A DNA stretch of 64,000 nucleotides from Phycisphaerae bacterium. GTDB lineage: Bacteria > Planctomycetota > Phycisphaerae > UBA1845 > Fen-1342. Both the position numbers and the translations under genes were made by a program. Under the pieces are notes generated by a model that was not told where the DNA came from, made no database searches, and saw only the letters and a list, made by a program, of their open reading frames with translations. Below are positions 10,001 through 21,321 of the stretch, one piece after another (within the stretch, counting starts at the first letter, position 1; the number at the start of each line of letters is the position of its first letter). Where the stretch lies: positions 16,435-80,434 of the forward strand of contig CAXXTC010000001.1 in NCBI GenBank assembly GCA_963666925.2, written 5' to 3'.

Positions 10001-12754
10001 TTATTTCTCGGTCAGTTCGATGGCGCCGGTCCAGCTTTCGGGCGGCGGCGTTTGCTGATACTGCTGCGCCGTTTGAATGTGAAACGTCGCGGCACGGTCG
10101 TCGGGGCGGAGCTTGGCACACGCGCTGAACTCTGACAGCGCTCGAGCCCAGTTGCGCTGCTGGAAGGTGTCGAGGGCGTGGGCGAATTGATCGGCATAGT
10201 GCAGCGTGTCGGCCGGAACGTCGGCGGCGCGGCCGAGCAGTTCGTGCACGCCGACGGCCTGGGTCTTGCCCTTGACCTGCACGCCGCCGAGCGGGCGGAA
10301 GGCGAACTCGTCGCCGACCTGGGCGCGCGTCGTTTCGCTGACGAGCCGGCACGTGCCGAAGAACTTGTTGGCGGATTCGAGTCGGGCGGCGACGTTCACG
10401 GAATCGCCGATGCAGGTGTAATCGTATTTCTGCTCTGAGCCGCAGGGGCCGACGACGGCGTTGCCGGTGGCGACGCCGACACGCAGCGCGAGTTGGGCAA
10501 AAGCTTCGTCGCCGCCCGTGGCCTGCACGCGGATCAGTTCGTCCAGCGCGCGTTGCAGATCGACGGCCGTCGCGCAGGCGCGGCGGGCGTGGTCGGTTTG
10601 CGGATAGATCACCGGGTTCCAGAAGGCGAAGATGCCGTCGCCGATGAATTTGTTGATCATCGCCTCGTGGCGCAGCATGACGTCACTGAAACGGCCCAGC
10701 GCGACGTTGAGTACGTGCTGGGTTCGCTCGGCGCCGATCCGTTCCGAGATGGCGGTGAAGTTGGCGAGGTCGGTGAAAATAGCGGTGACCTCGCGCATCT
10801 CGGCACGTTTACACAGCTCGGCGTCTTCGGCCATTCGGCGGGCCAGCGTGGCGGACGTGTACTGCCCGAGAGCGCGGGCGATCTGACGCGATTCGCGTTC
10901 GAGGAAGAGGTGGCGGTGCACGACCACGACGACGTAGCCCAGCGCGAGCGTCAGGCCGGCCGGCACGAGCGCCACCCAAACGCTCCACATCTGGAACGCG
11001 GCCCAGCCGGCGAGCAGCGCGTAGATCGCGATTAGCAGCAGCGTGATGATGCCGGCCAGGCGTGGGCCAGTTCGGCTGGAAACCCAGGTCGCGAGCAGGC
11101 CGACGAGGGCCGCCAGCAGTGCGTTCACCCAGGTCGGTACCCAACGCACCGTGCGACCCGTGAGCAGGCCGTTGAGCAGGTTGGCATGGGCGATGACGCC
11201 CGGAGCCCGGCGATGCGTCGGGATTGGCGTCATGTCGGCCAACGCGGACGCGGTGTAGCCCAACAGGCCGATCTTGTCGGCGACGCGCTCACGCAGCCAG
11301 CTCAACGTCGACTCGATCTCCTCGCGGTAGGCGCGGTTGGCGCTGAGGGCGTCGCGGGCGATGCGCAGGACGTCGATCGTCGCGGGCTGGGCCGCGTCAG
11401 ATGAGGCGCTGGTCGGGGCCGAGCTCAGGGCAGTCTCAATATCCGACAGCAACGCGGGCTCAGACTCGGCCAGCAGGTTCTCATATTGATCGAGCCCGCG
11501 GGCGATGAACTCGGCCGAGTCGGCGTCGTCGGCCCAGCGGGCGCGGTGCAGCTCGTCGGCGAGTTCCAGCGTGCGCCCCAGATCCTGGTGAAACTGGGTC
11601 CAGTTCGTCATGAGCCCCCGGGTGATCAGCGTGTCGAGGGCGCTCAGTAGCTCTTCGCGGTTGAAACGCGTCCGCAGGCGGCGGTCGAACACGACCCAGG
11701 CCGCATCGATCGGCACGTGCGCGCCAAACTGTTGGTGCCAGTCGCGCTCGGCCAGCCAGGGGATCATGGCCCGGCCCTGGTCGTCGAGTTGAATGACCAG
11801 CGGCTCATCAGCGCCGGGCGCGGGCAACGTGAGGGCCCTCGGCGTGGCGGAGATGTTCTCGGGCGGGATGTTCAGCTCGTCGAGCGCGACGGACAGCGCG
11901 AGTTGCGGGACGGCCACGCCCGAGTGCTCGACCAGCAGACGCGTGCGGCGCATCACGCCATCCAGGTCCGGATCGAACACCACGAAGCCGCAATGCCGGG
12001 CGGCCCGGGCGTGAGCGAAATAGATCGGCGTCAGCGCGGGCACCGGCGGGGCTGCGGCAGCGACCCCTGCCAGCGGCAGGCGCGCCCGGTCGAGCGTCGC
12101 CCGCAGACTCAGCTCGAACGACAGTGCCACCAGGGCGGACTCATGCTCCGCTGGCGTGATGTCGGCATCGGCCAGCAGCCGGTCGACATAAGTGTGCGGC
12201 GGGGCCGACAGCAGTTCAGGGTGCGCAGCGAGCCAATCGCGGATGCGCCGGCGCAACTCGCGTGTGGCGGGCGTGGTCAGCTCTTCCGATTGGTAATGAA
12301 ACGCCAGGTACGACTGGCCCCAGTTCTGCAACGTGGTGCGCAACTCGATATCGGGCAGCGTCAGCGTGAACATATTGACGCGCAGGGCGGCCAGGTTGGC
12401 CAGCAGGTCGCTGTGGCGTGCGACGACCGAGCGCAGCGGCTCCGACTCGGTGAGCTCGATGTCGTAGAGGAGGCGGCGCAGGCCGGCCTCGTGCAGCACG
12501 CCCAGAATGCCGGCCTGAATATCACGCGACCAGGGCCAGCGGCCGACGTGTTCGAGGGCGCCGTCGTCGATATCGATACAGACGAGGCGATCGTCCTGGA
12601 CGCGGTTCGCGTTGGCGTGGCGGAATCGCAGGTCAAGCGTCTTGAGCTCGAGCCAGTCTAGCCCCCCAACCAGGTACACCAGCACAATCGCGGCGGTTGC
12701 GAGCAGCCCCACGACCAGCGATTGTGCGTTGCCGCGTTGTTTGCGTTTGTTCAC
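10001..12754 (-). CDS. Membrane class III adenylate cyclase with a CHASE2 sensor domain (large internal insertion) and TPR-like C-terminus
   Basis: CHASE2: IDIDD..GRWPWSR, DLDGVMRR, PGVIAHANLL, followed by 3 TM segments. Catalytic domain: FTDLANFT, KFIGDG (Lys, ATP specificity), YTCIGDSVNVAARLE. Confidence 0.92.
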   Translation of the reverse strand: MNKRKQRGNAQSLVVGLLATAAIVLVYLVGGLDWLELKTLDLRFRHANANRVQDDRLVCIDIDDGALEHVGRWPWSRDIQAGILGVLHEAGLRRLLYDIELTESEPLRSVVARHSDLLANLAALRVNMFTLTLPDIELRTTLQNWGQSYLAFHYQSEELTTPATRELRRRIRDWLAAHPELLSAPPHTYVDRLLADADITPAEHESALVALSFELSLRATLDRARLPLAGVAAAAPPVPALTPIYFAHARAARHCGFVVFDPDLDGVMRRTRLLVEHSGVAVPQLALSVALDELNIPPENISATPRALTLPAPGADEPLVIQLDDQGRAMIPWLAERDWHQQFGAHVPIDAAWVVFDRRLRTRFNREELLSALDTLITRGLMTNWTQFHQDLGRTLELADELHRARWADDADSAEFIARGLDQYENLLAESEPALLSDIETALSSAPTSASSDAAQPATIDVLRIARDALSANRAYREEIESTLSWLRERVADKIGLLGYTASALADMTPIPTHRRAPGVIAHANLLNGLLTGRTVRWVPTWVNALLAALVGLLATWVSSRTGPRLAGIITLLLIAIYALLAGWAAFQMWSVWVALVPAGLTLALGYVVVVVHRHLFLERESRQIARALGQYTSATLARRMAEDAELCKRAEMREVTAIFTDLANFTAISERIGAERTQHVLNVALGRFSDVMLRHEAMINKFIGDGIFAFWNPVIYPQTDHARRACATAVDLQRALDELIRVQATGGDEAFAQLALRVGVATGNAVVGPCGSEQKYDYTCIGDSVNVAARLESANKFFGTCRLVSETTRAQVGDEFAFRPLGGVQVKGKTQAVGVHELLGRAADVPADTLHYADQFAHALDTFQQRNWARALSEFSACAKLRPDDRAATFHIQTAQQYQQTPPPESWTGAIELTEK

Positions 12755-12805
12755 GGCCTGCTATTGTCGCCGGCGTGACGAGCACGGCAAGCGGGCCGGC
12801 GGTGC

Positions 12806-15733
<2,928 letters not shown>

Positions 15734-15845
15734 GGGTGGTCAGACTCCCTATATACGAAACCCGACTCTGCTCTTGCCATGCGGGGCCGGCCAACTGAGG
15801 CGGCGGTAGCTGGTACGGGCGGGGCTGGAAGCTGTTTCAGAATCC

Positions 15846-15900
15846 CTGTGGCACCGGTTTTCGACCAGTGATTCCCACTGGTTACAAAACAATGCCACAG
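15846..15900. repeat. REP-like inverted doublet, family C (GTGG-CACYGGTT-nnn-RACCRGTG)
   Basis: ctgtggcaccggttttcgaccagtg-attcc-cactggttacaaaacaatgccacag. Its reverse complement nearly matches 19108-19162. Confidence 0.75.
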
Positions 15901-15914
15901 TTCTGAAACAAGGG

Positions 15915-16298
15915 CTACGTTTCACTGATCATCGCGTCGTAGGCCGCCCCGTCCATCATCTTCTCCAGCGGGGCAAGATCGCTGCACTTGATCTTCAGCA
16001 TCCAGCCATCGTCGAAGGGGTCGTTGTTCAGCAGTTCGGGTTCGTCGGCGAGCCGTTCATTGACGCCTGTCACTTCACCGCTCACGGGGCAGTACAGCTC
16101 GCTGGTGGCCTTGACCGATTCGACTTCGCCGAAGTTGCCGCCGCCCTCGATCTGGTCGCCGACAGCGGGCAGATCGACAAAAGTGATGTCGGTCAACTCG
16201 TCGGCGGCAAACTGGGTGATGCCGACGGTAACAACGTCGCCGTCAGCCTTGAACCACTCGTGTGTCTGTGAGTATTTGCGATCGTTGGGCACCGCCAT
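15915..16298 (-). CDS. gcvH: Glycine cleavage system H protein
   Basis: YSQTHEW, VGITQFA, EVESVKATSE (lipoyl Lys), NNDPFDDGWM. AGGAGAGG upstream. Confidence 0.97.
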   Translation of the reverse strand: MAVPNDRKYSQTHEWFKADGDVVTVGITQFAADELTDITFVDLPAVGDQIEGGGNFGEVESVKATSELYCPVSGEVTGVNERLADEPELLNNDPFDDGWMLKIKCSDLAPLEKMMDGAAYDAMISET

Positions 16299-16562
16299 GC
16301 GCACCTCTCCTGTTAGCTCTACGCTCTTCCGGAAATAGCAGCACCGCCGCGCCTAGGTACCATCCGCGGGCGCTGGCCGTTGGCCGGGCACACTACGTTG
16401 CCGGGACGCGTTCCCATCGCGGGTGCACACCTGCCGGGTCAATCACCGGCAGACCGAGCATATTAAGCGATGGCTGGGGTCGGCGGTAGGGGGCGGGCGG
16501 CCAGGTGTGGCGGGCGTCCGAGCTTGTGAGCCAATCGCCCGATCGTGAAGTGGAGCGGGCAA

Positions 16563-16634
16563 GTGGGGCGGGCGTCTCGCCCGCCAAGCCCGGTTGAAAC
16601 GCGGTCAGCAAGTCGGCCGAGATGGCCGACCCAC
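16563..16634. repeat. REP-like heterodoublet (family A 16563-16585 plus inverted family B 16612-16634)
   Basis: GTGG-GGCGGGCG-TCT-CGCCCGCC, then gtcggccgagatggccgacccac. The same composite occurs at 52340-52409. Confidence 0.8.
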
Positions 16635-16723
16635 CTCACCGTCGTAGCGAGTTGCCGCATACTCTGGCTGCCCTGGTGGGGGGGCTTAAGTGGTGCGGCG
16701 GCCGCGACTTGGGCGATTATTAA

Positions 16724-18700
16724 TCAGTGGGTGCCCGCGAGCAGTTCCACGAACGGGTCGATATCGTTGAAATCCGCCGAGTTGTTGCCGTCGATGTCGG
16801 CCAGGTCGGCATCGCAATCGGGATAGTCCGCCGCGTACTGCGTCGGGTTGCTCAGCGCCAGGACGAACCCGTCAATGTCGTCGAAGTTGATGTACATATC
16901 GCAGTTCATGTCGCCGACGCGGTGCGTGCCGTAGATCCGCAACTGCACGTTTTGCCACGTGGCCAGATTGCCCGCCACCTCGTCCGCGATCGTTACCGTC
17001 CAGTCGCCGGCGGAATGTTCATCCCAGCTCCGCAACGACGTGAAGACGTAATCGACGTAGTTATCGTTCGAGTCGCTACGCGGCTTAGCGAGGATCGCGG
17101 TCGTCCCCCCTGGCGACGTCAGGGTGATCCGCAAATCGCCGACATATTCAGTCTCCACATTAAGCACCAGCTCAACGCTCTCGATACGCACATCGTTGTA
17201 TATGCTCAGCGTCCGTGTCAGGCCGGTGATGTCGTCGTCGGGTACGGCCGCGTCGATCGTCCGCGTCGGCGTTTCGATCGTGACTTCCGGGCCGACGTTT
17301 TCCCAGCTCTGCGCGAGCAGCACGGCGGCATAGGCGTCAACGGCACCGAAGCCATAATTGTGATTCACGAGATGGCCGGCCGCGTTGGTGGTCCAGTCGG
17401 CCTCGGTGGCGTCACACTGTCGGGCGGAGTTGATCAGCACGTGCTGAACGTCACGCCAGGTCAGGCTCGGGTTGGCTTCGAGCATCAGCGCAATAGCGCC
17501 GGCCGCCAGCGGAGACGCGGCACTCGTGCCGCCAAAGTAAGCCGTATAGCCGCTGCCCCCATAGGTGCTGAAGATCTTACGCGTGTTCCCGCTGGAGTGT
17601 GCGACGGCCAGCATGGAGGCGCCGGTCTCGTTGTAGTCGGAACGGTAGTCCTGGTCGCCGATAGCGCCGATGGCGAGGGTGTAACGCGAGGAAGCGTAGG
17701 GATCGTACTCGACGCGATCGTCGTAGTACCCGCCGTTGCCCGCCGCCCAGACAATGATCGTGCCAAGCCCGTTTCGGCCGGTGGTGACGGCCTCCACGAT
17801 GGCATCATGCTCGACTTCCGTCAGATAGGTGATGGTGCCGTTGTCGGTCGGCCCCCAGGAGTTGGACTTAATATCGTTGAGGTCGTTGCGATAGGCGAAG
17901 GCGATCGCGTTTTCCGCGTCGGTACCGGTGAGTTGTCCGGAGAGCTGCGCTCCATACGCGAGGCCGACGCAACCTTCGTTGTTGTAGGCGACGGCGCCGG
18001 CCACACCAGCGCAGGCGGTCGCGTGGTAGGACAGGCTGCCGCCGGTTTGGGTAGCTTCCTCGTTGAAATTGGCGGCCAGATCGGGGTGATCATGCTGCCA
18101 GGCCCACTCAACGATGCCGATGGTCACGCCGACACCCGTGACGCCCAGGTCCCAGGCGGGCTCAGCATTCACATCAGCGATGGGCAGCTCGGTGTTGTTG
18201 AGGTGCCACTGGTTGGGATAGTGCGGGTCCGTCGGCTGGCGCAGAGCCATGGGCCGATGCATCTCGACGCTGGCGCTCGTGATAGCTGGTTGGTCAGCGA
18301 GCAGGTCGGCGGCCTCCAGAGCTGACTGGACCGTTAGCGTATCGATCAGCCAATAATCATCCAGATTGGCGAGTCGGCTCAGCGTCCACGTCGGGTGGTC
18401 GGCCACAATCGATGCCAGGGCTTGTTCATCGTTGGCCTTGACGACCACTCGGCTACGGATCTCGTAGCCCGGGCTGGGCGCCGGCACAATCCCCTGCTTG
18501 TCCGCCCGATCCTGGTTCTCACGCCAGGCCGAGCTCGATGACGCTTGCAGGTCGGCCACGCGGAACAACGCGGGACCGTGAGCGGTTCGTACCACGATCG
18601 GAGCGACCTCGGGCACGCCCGTGTCGCCCGAAGTCTGTCCGTAACCAGTTGCAGGGGTAATCCACAGGATCAGCAGTGGTATCAGTGCGAGTCGGAACAT
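16724..18700 (-). CDS. Secreted S8 (kexin/furin-like) serine protease with P domain and C-terminal dockerin-like domain
   Basis: Signal peptide; DPHYPNQWHL, YHATACAG, SNSWGP, WAAGNGG, GGTSAASP, LTWRDVQH, YGFGAVDA; P domain GDLRITLTSPGGT..GDWTVTI; tail GDMNCD...DIDPFVELL. Confidence 0.92.
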   Translation of the reverse strand: MFRLALIPLLILWITPATGYGQTSGDTGVPEVAPIVVRTAHGPALFRVADLQASSSSAWRENQDRADKQGIVPAPSPGYEIRSRVVVKANDEQALASIVADHPTWTLSRLANLDDYWLIDTLTVQSALEAADLLADQPAITSASVEMHRPMALRQPTDPHYPNQWHLNNTELPIADVNAEPAWDLGVTGVGVTIGIVEWAWQHDHPDLAANFNEEATQTGGSLSYHATACAGVAGAVAYNNEGCVGLAYGAQLSGQLTGTDAENAIAFAYRNDLNDIKSNSWGPTDNGTITYLTEVEHDAIVEAVTTGRNGLGTIIVWAAGNGGYYDDRVEYDPYASSRYTLAIGAIGDQDYRSDYNETGASMLAVAHSSGNTRKIFSTYGGSGYTAYFGGTSAASPLAAGAIALMLEANPSLTWRDVQHVLINSARQCDATEADWTTNAAGHLVNHNYGFGAVDAYAAVLLAQSWENVGPEVTIETPTRTIDAAVPDDDITGLTRTLSIYNDVRIESVELVLNVETEYVGDLRITLTSPGGTTAILAKPRSDSNDNYVDYVFTSLRSWDEHSAGDWTVTIADEVAGNLATWQNVQLRIYGTHRVGDMNCDMYINFDDIDGFVLALSNPTQYAADYPDCDADLADIDGNNSADFNDIDPFVELLAGTH

Positions 18701-19107
18701 GTTGGCCCTCCGCAGCGCATCTCGCGATGGTCATATCGTCGCGTGGGGTCCGCCACGCAATTTGATTATACCGCCCGTTCAAGCCGACCCCATGCTGAAA
18801 TGTTGCGATTCTGCAACCACAGGAATCCGCTACGCAGGTGGGGGGACGTTTGCGACCATTAAAAAACGTCGGAACCTTGCCGTGCGGCGAGGCTCCGACG
18901 TGTGAGAGAGAGTAAGGAGGGGTATTGCGCACCGTTTCTATCGACGTGGCCGGTCGGATTCTTGATGGATTCCGGACCGATCGGACGAGAAATTCCGTGA
19001 GCGGTTGCGGCAAGCGGGGCGTGAGCTGGGTGACCCGCTTGGTGGTTGTGAGGCGGGCGGTGCCCAGGTGGCGGAGTTTGTCGTTATGCTACGAGCCCAT
19101 CCCGGGA

Positions 19108-19162
19108 CTGTGGCACTGGTTTGTAACCAGTGGGAATCACCGGTTGAAAACCGGTGACACAA
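19108..19162. repeat. REP-like inverted doublet, family C
   Basis: ctgtggcactggtttgtaaccagtg-ggaat-caccggttgaaaaccggtgacac, with two perfect 8-bp stems. Confidence 0.75.
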
Positions 19163-19204
19163 GAATGCGGTGTGGTGTCGGCTTCGTTGTTGAAGGGTGT
19201 TTTT

Positions 19205-20245
19205 TTGGCGCGGTCACCTATTCAGAAAAAGCTCGGCCTGGCGCGGGCGTGGGCGTCGCGGCACCCGGTCTGGTGTGCCTGGCAGGTCAACTACCGCTGC
19301 AACTACCGCTGCACGTTCTGCCACTACTGGGCCGACCCGATGGGCGATCAGCCCGAGCTGACGGTCGACGATTTCCGGACGGGCTCCCGCAAACTGGCCC
19401 GGTTGGGGGCCATCCTGACCAGCCTCGCCGGCGGCGAGCCGTTAATGCGGCCCGACATCGTCGACATCGTCGACGCGGTGGCGGAATGGCATTTCCCGTT
19501 CATCACGACCAACGGCTGGTTCTCGACGCGGGCGCTGGCTGACGACTTGTTCGCGGCCGGCCTGTGGGGGGTGTCCGTCAGCATCGACTACCCGGACGCA
19601 CAGCGCCACGATCAGCGCCGCGGCACGCCGGGGGCGTTCGAGCGGGCGCTGGCGGCCATCGAGGATTTCAGCGCCGCCCGGCAGCACAAGTGGCAACGCG
19701 TCAATTGGATGTGCGTCCTGATGGAGGACAATCTCGACGAGATCGAAACCATGATCCGCATGGCGGCCGAGCGCGATGCGTACTTCATGGTGCAACCCTA
19801 CGGCGTACGCAAGACGGGTGCGACGCGCTTCGTTGCCAAACACGACGGGGGCGCAAGCGCTCACCTGCTCGACCTTCGGCGGCGCTATCCGAACTTCCTC
19901 TCCAATCCGTTCTTCCTGTCGCGGTTTGACCAGGCGCTCAACGGCGGCGTGCCCAGGTGCGGAGCGGGACGGGGGTTCTTCAGCATCGATTCGACCGGCG
20001 ACGTCGCGGTCTGCGTCGAGGAGCGTGCCCGGCCGGTGGCAAACCTGTTCGAGCACTCGGTCACCGAAATCGTTCGCCGTCTACGTCGCGATCCGGTCCC
20101 ACGTACCTGTCGGGCGTGCTGGTACAACTGCCGCGGAGAGATCGAGAGCCTGTACGATCCGTGGGGGCTGGTGCAGAGCCTGCCGACACTGCTGTTCGAT
20201 CGCGGACGCCCGCCACTGGGCCAACAACAGAGCCAGCAGCGGTGA
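19205..20245 (+). CDS. Radical SAM protein with SPASM/Twitch-like C-terminal domain, function unknown
   Basis: CNYRCTFC (CX3CX2C), GGEPL, TNG, VSID; C-terminal CGAG..GDVAVC..CRACWYNC. The track start at 19154 lies inside a REP, so TTG 19205 was chosen. Confidence 0.88.
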   Translation: MARSPIQKKLGLARAWASRHPVWCAWQVNYRCNYRCTFCHYWADPMGDQPELTVDDFRTGSRKLARLGAILTSLAGGEPLMRPDIVDIVDAVAEWHFPFITTNGWFSTRALADDLFAAGLWGVSVSIDYPDAQRHDQRRGTPGAFERALAAIEDFSAARQHKWQRVNWMCVLMEDNLDEIETMIRMAAERDAYFMVQPYGVRKTGATRFVAKHDGGASAHLLDLRRRYPNFLSNPFFLSRFDQALNGGVPRCGAGRGFFSIDSTGDVAVCVEERARPVANLFEHSVTEIVRRLRRDPVPRTCRACWYNCRGEIESLYDPWGLVQSLPTLLFDRGRPPLGQQQSQQR

Positions 20246-20946
20246 CGCCGACGGAACTCCGGGCAGCGGGGCACGACCTGGACTCCACCAGCTACGAGCG
20301 ACTGCGGCAATTCGCCGACGCATTGCTAATCGAGAATCAACACATCAATCTGACGGCGGCACGGGACGCGGAGACGCTGTGGCAGCGACACATCTGCGAC
20401 AGCTTGGCGTTGTTGACGCCAATAGCGGCGGCGGATGCCCGGCGGGTGTTGGACGTCGGCAGTGGCGGCGGGCTGCCGGGTGGGCCAGTAGCGTGCGTGC
20501 GGCCCGCGGCGCAGGTCGTGTTGCTGGAGGCGACGCGGAAGAAGACGCTGGCGATCGAGCGGATTCTGGCGGGTGCGGGCGTGACCAATGCACCCGCGGT
20601 TTGTGAGCGGGCGGAGACATTGGCGCACCAGGCGGAACATCGCGAGCAGTATGACGTCGTGACGGCCCGGGCGGTGGACACGCTGGCGACGCTGCTTGAG
20701 TACGTGGCGGGGTTTGTGCGTGTAGGGGGACAGGCCTGGCTGTTCAAGACACAGGACACCTGGGAACGTGAGGTAGCGCAGGCGGAGACTGCGGCCCGGG
20801 CGTGTGGTCTGGTTCTGTGTGGAACGCAGGGGTATTTGTTGCCGGGCGAGACGGAGCCGCGCATGCTGGTGGGCTATACCAAGCATATCGCACTCTCAGA
20901 AGAGCTGCCGCGTGCCGTGGGAAAGCCGCACAAGAAGCCCCTATAA
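20242..20946 (+). CDS. rsmG: 16S rRNA (guanine527-N7) methyltransferase RsmG
   Basis: NQHINLTA, RHICDSL, LDVGSGGGLPG, RAETL, YDVVTARAV, PRAVGKPHKKPL. The GTG overlaps the radical SAM stop (GTGA). Confidence 0.93.
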   Translation: MTPTELRAAGHDLDSTSYERLRQFADALLIENQHINLTAARDAETLWQRHICDSLALLTPIAAADARRVLDVGSGGGLPGGPVACVRPAAQVVLLEATRKKTLAIERILAGAGVTNAPAVCERAETLAHQAEHREQYDVVTARAVDTLATLLEYVAGFVRVGGQAWLFKTQDTWEREVAQAETAARACGLVLCGTQGYLLPGETEPRMLVGYTKHIALSEELPRAVGKPHKKPL

Positions 20947-20978
20947 ACACGCACGTTTTCATTGGTTCCACATCGCAA

Positions 20979-21048
20979 GTGGGGCGGGCGTCCCGCCCGC
21001 CATGCCTGGATTGCGGACTCTAAACGGCGGGCGAGACGCCCGCCCCAC
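20979..21048. repeat. REP-like inverted doublet, family A (20979-21001 and 21026-21048)
   Basis: gtggggcgggcgtcccgcccgcc ... ggcgggcgagacgcccgccccac. Confidence 0.8.
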
Positions 21049-21321
21049 CTCCCGTGGAATGTAGATAGCGTGAGAGACTGCGCTGGCAACAGCAAACGCG
21101 GCGCCGTTTCGTGGTGCTGTTGCCAGGCACACCAAACGCGACGAAGCGCCACAACTCTCGACAAGATGAGGGTTGCCTAGAGCCCAAAGCGCGGGAACAT
21201 TCGAGATGTTGGGATCAGGAGGTTGTGTTGCTGTGTTTTCGCCTGCCGCCCCTGCCATACCAAGCCCGCCGTTTGTTACCCGCCGTGTTCAAACCGTTTT
21301 ACCTGGAAGGGAGGACTGGCC

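Noticed and set aside
16305..16720. Glycine riboswitch upstream of gcvH-gcvP
   Set aside because: I could not find the GGAGA..CCGAAG..CUCUCAGG aptamer core; the only GGAGAG is the ribosome-binding site.
15846..19162. Inverted family C elements flanking gcvH and the S8 protease considered as composite transposon ends
   Set aside because: There is no transposase or evident target duplication, and the left copy sits between gcvH and gcvP. Independent REP insertions are the simpler explanation.
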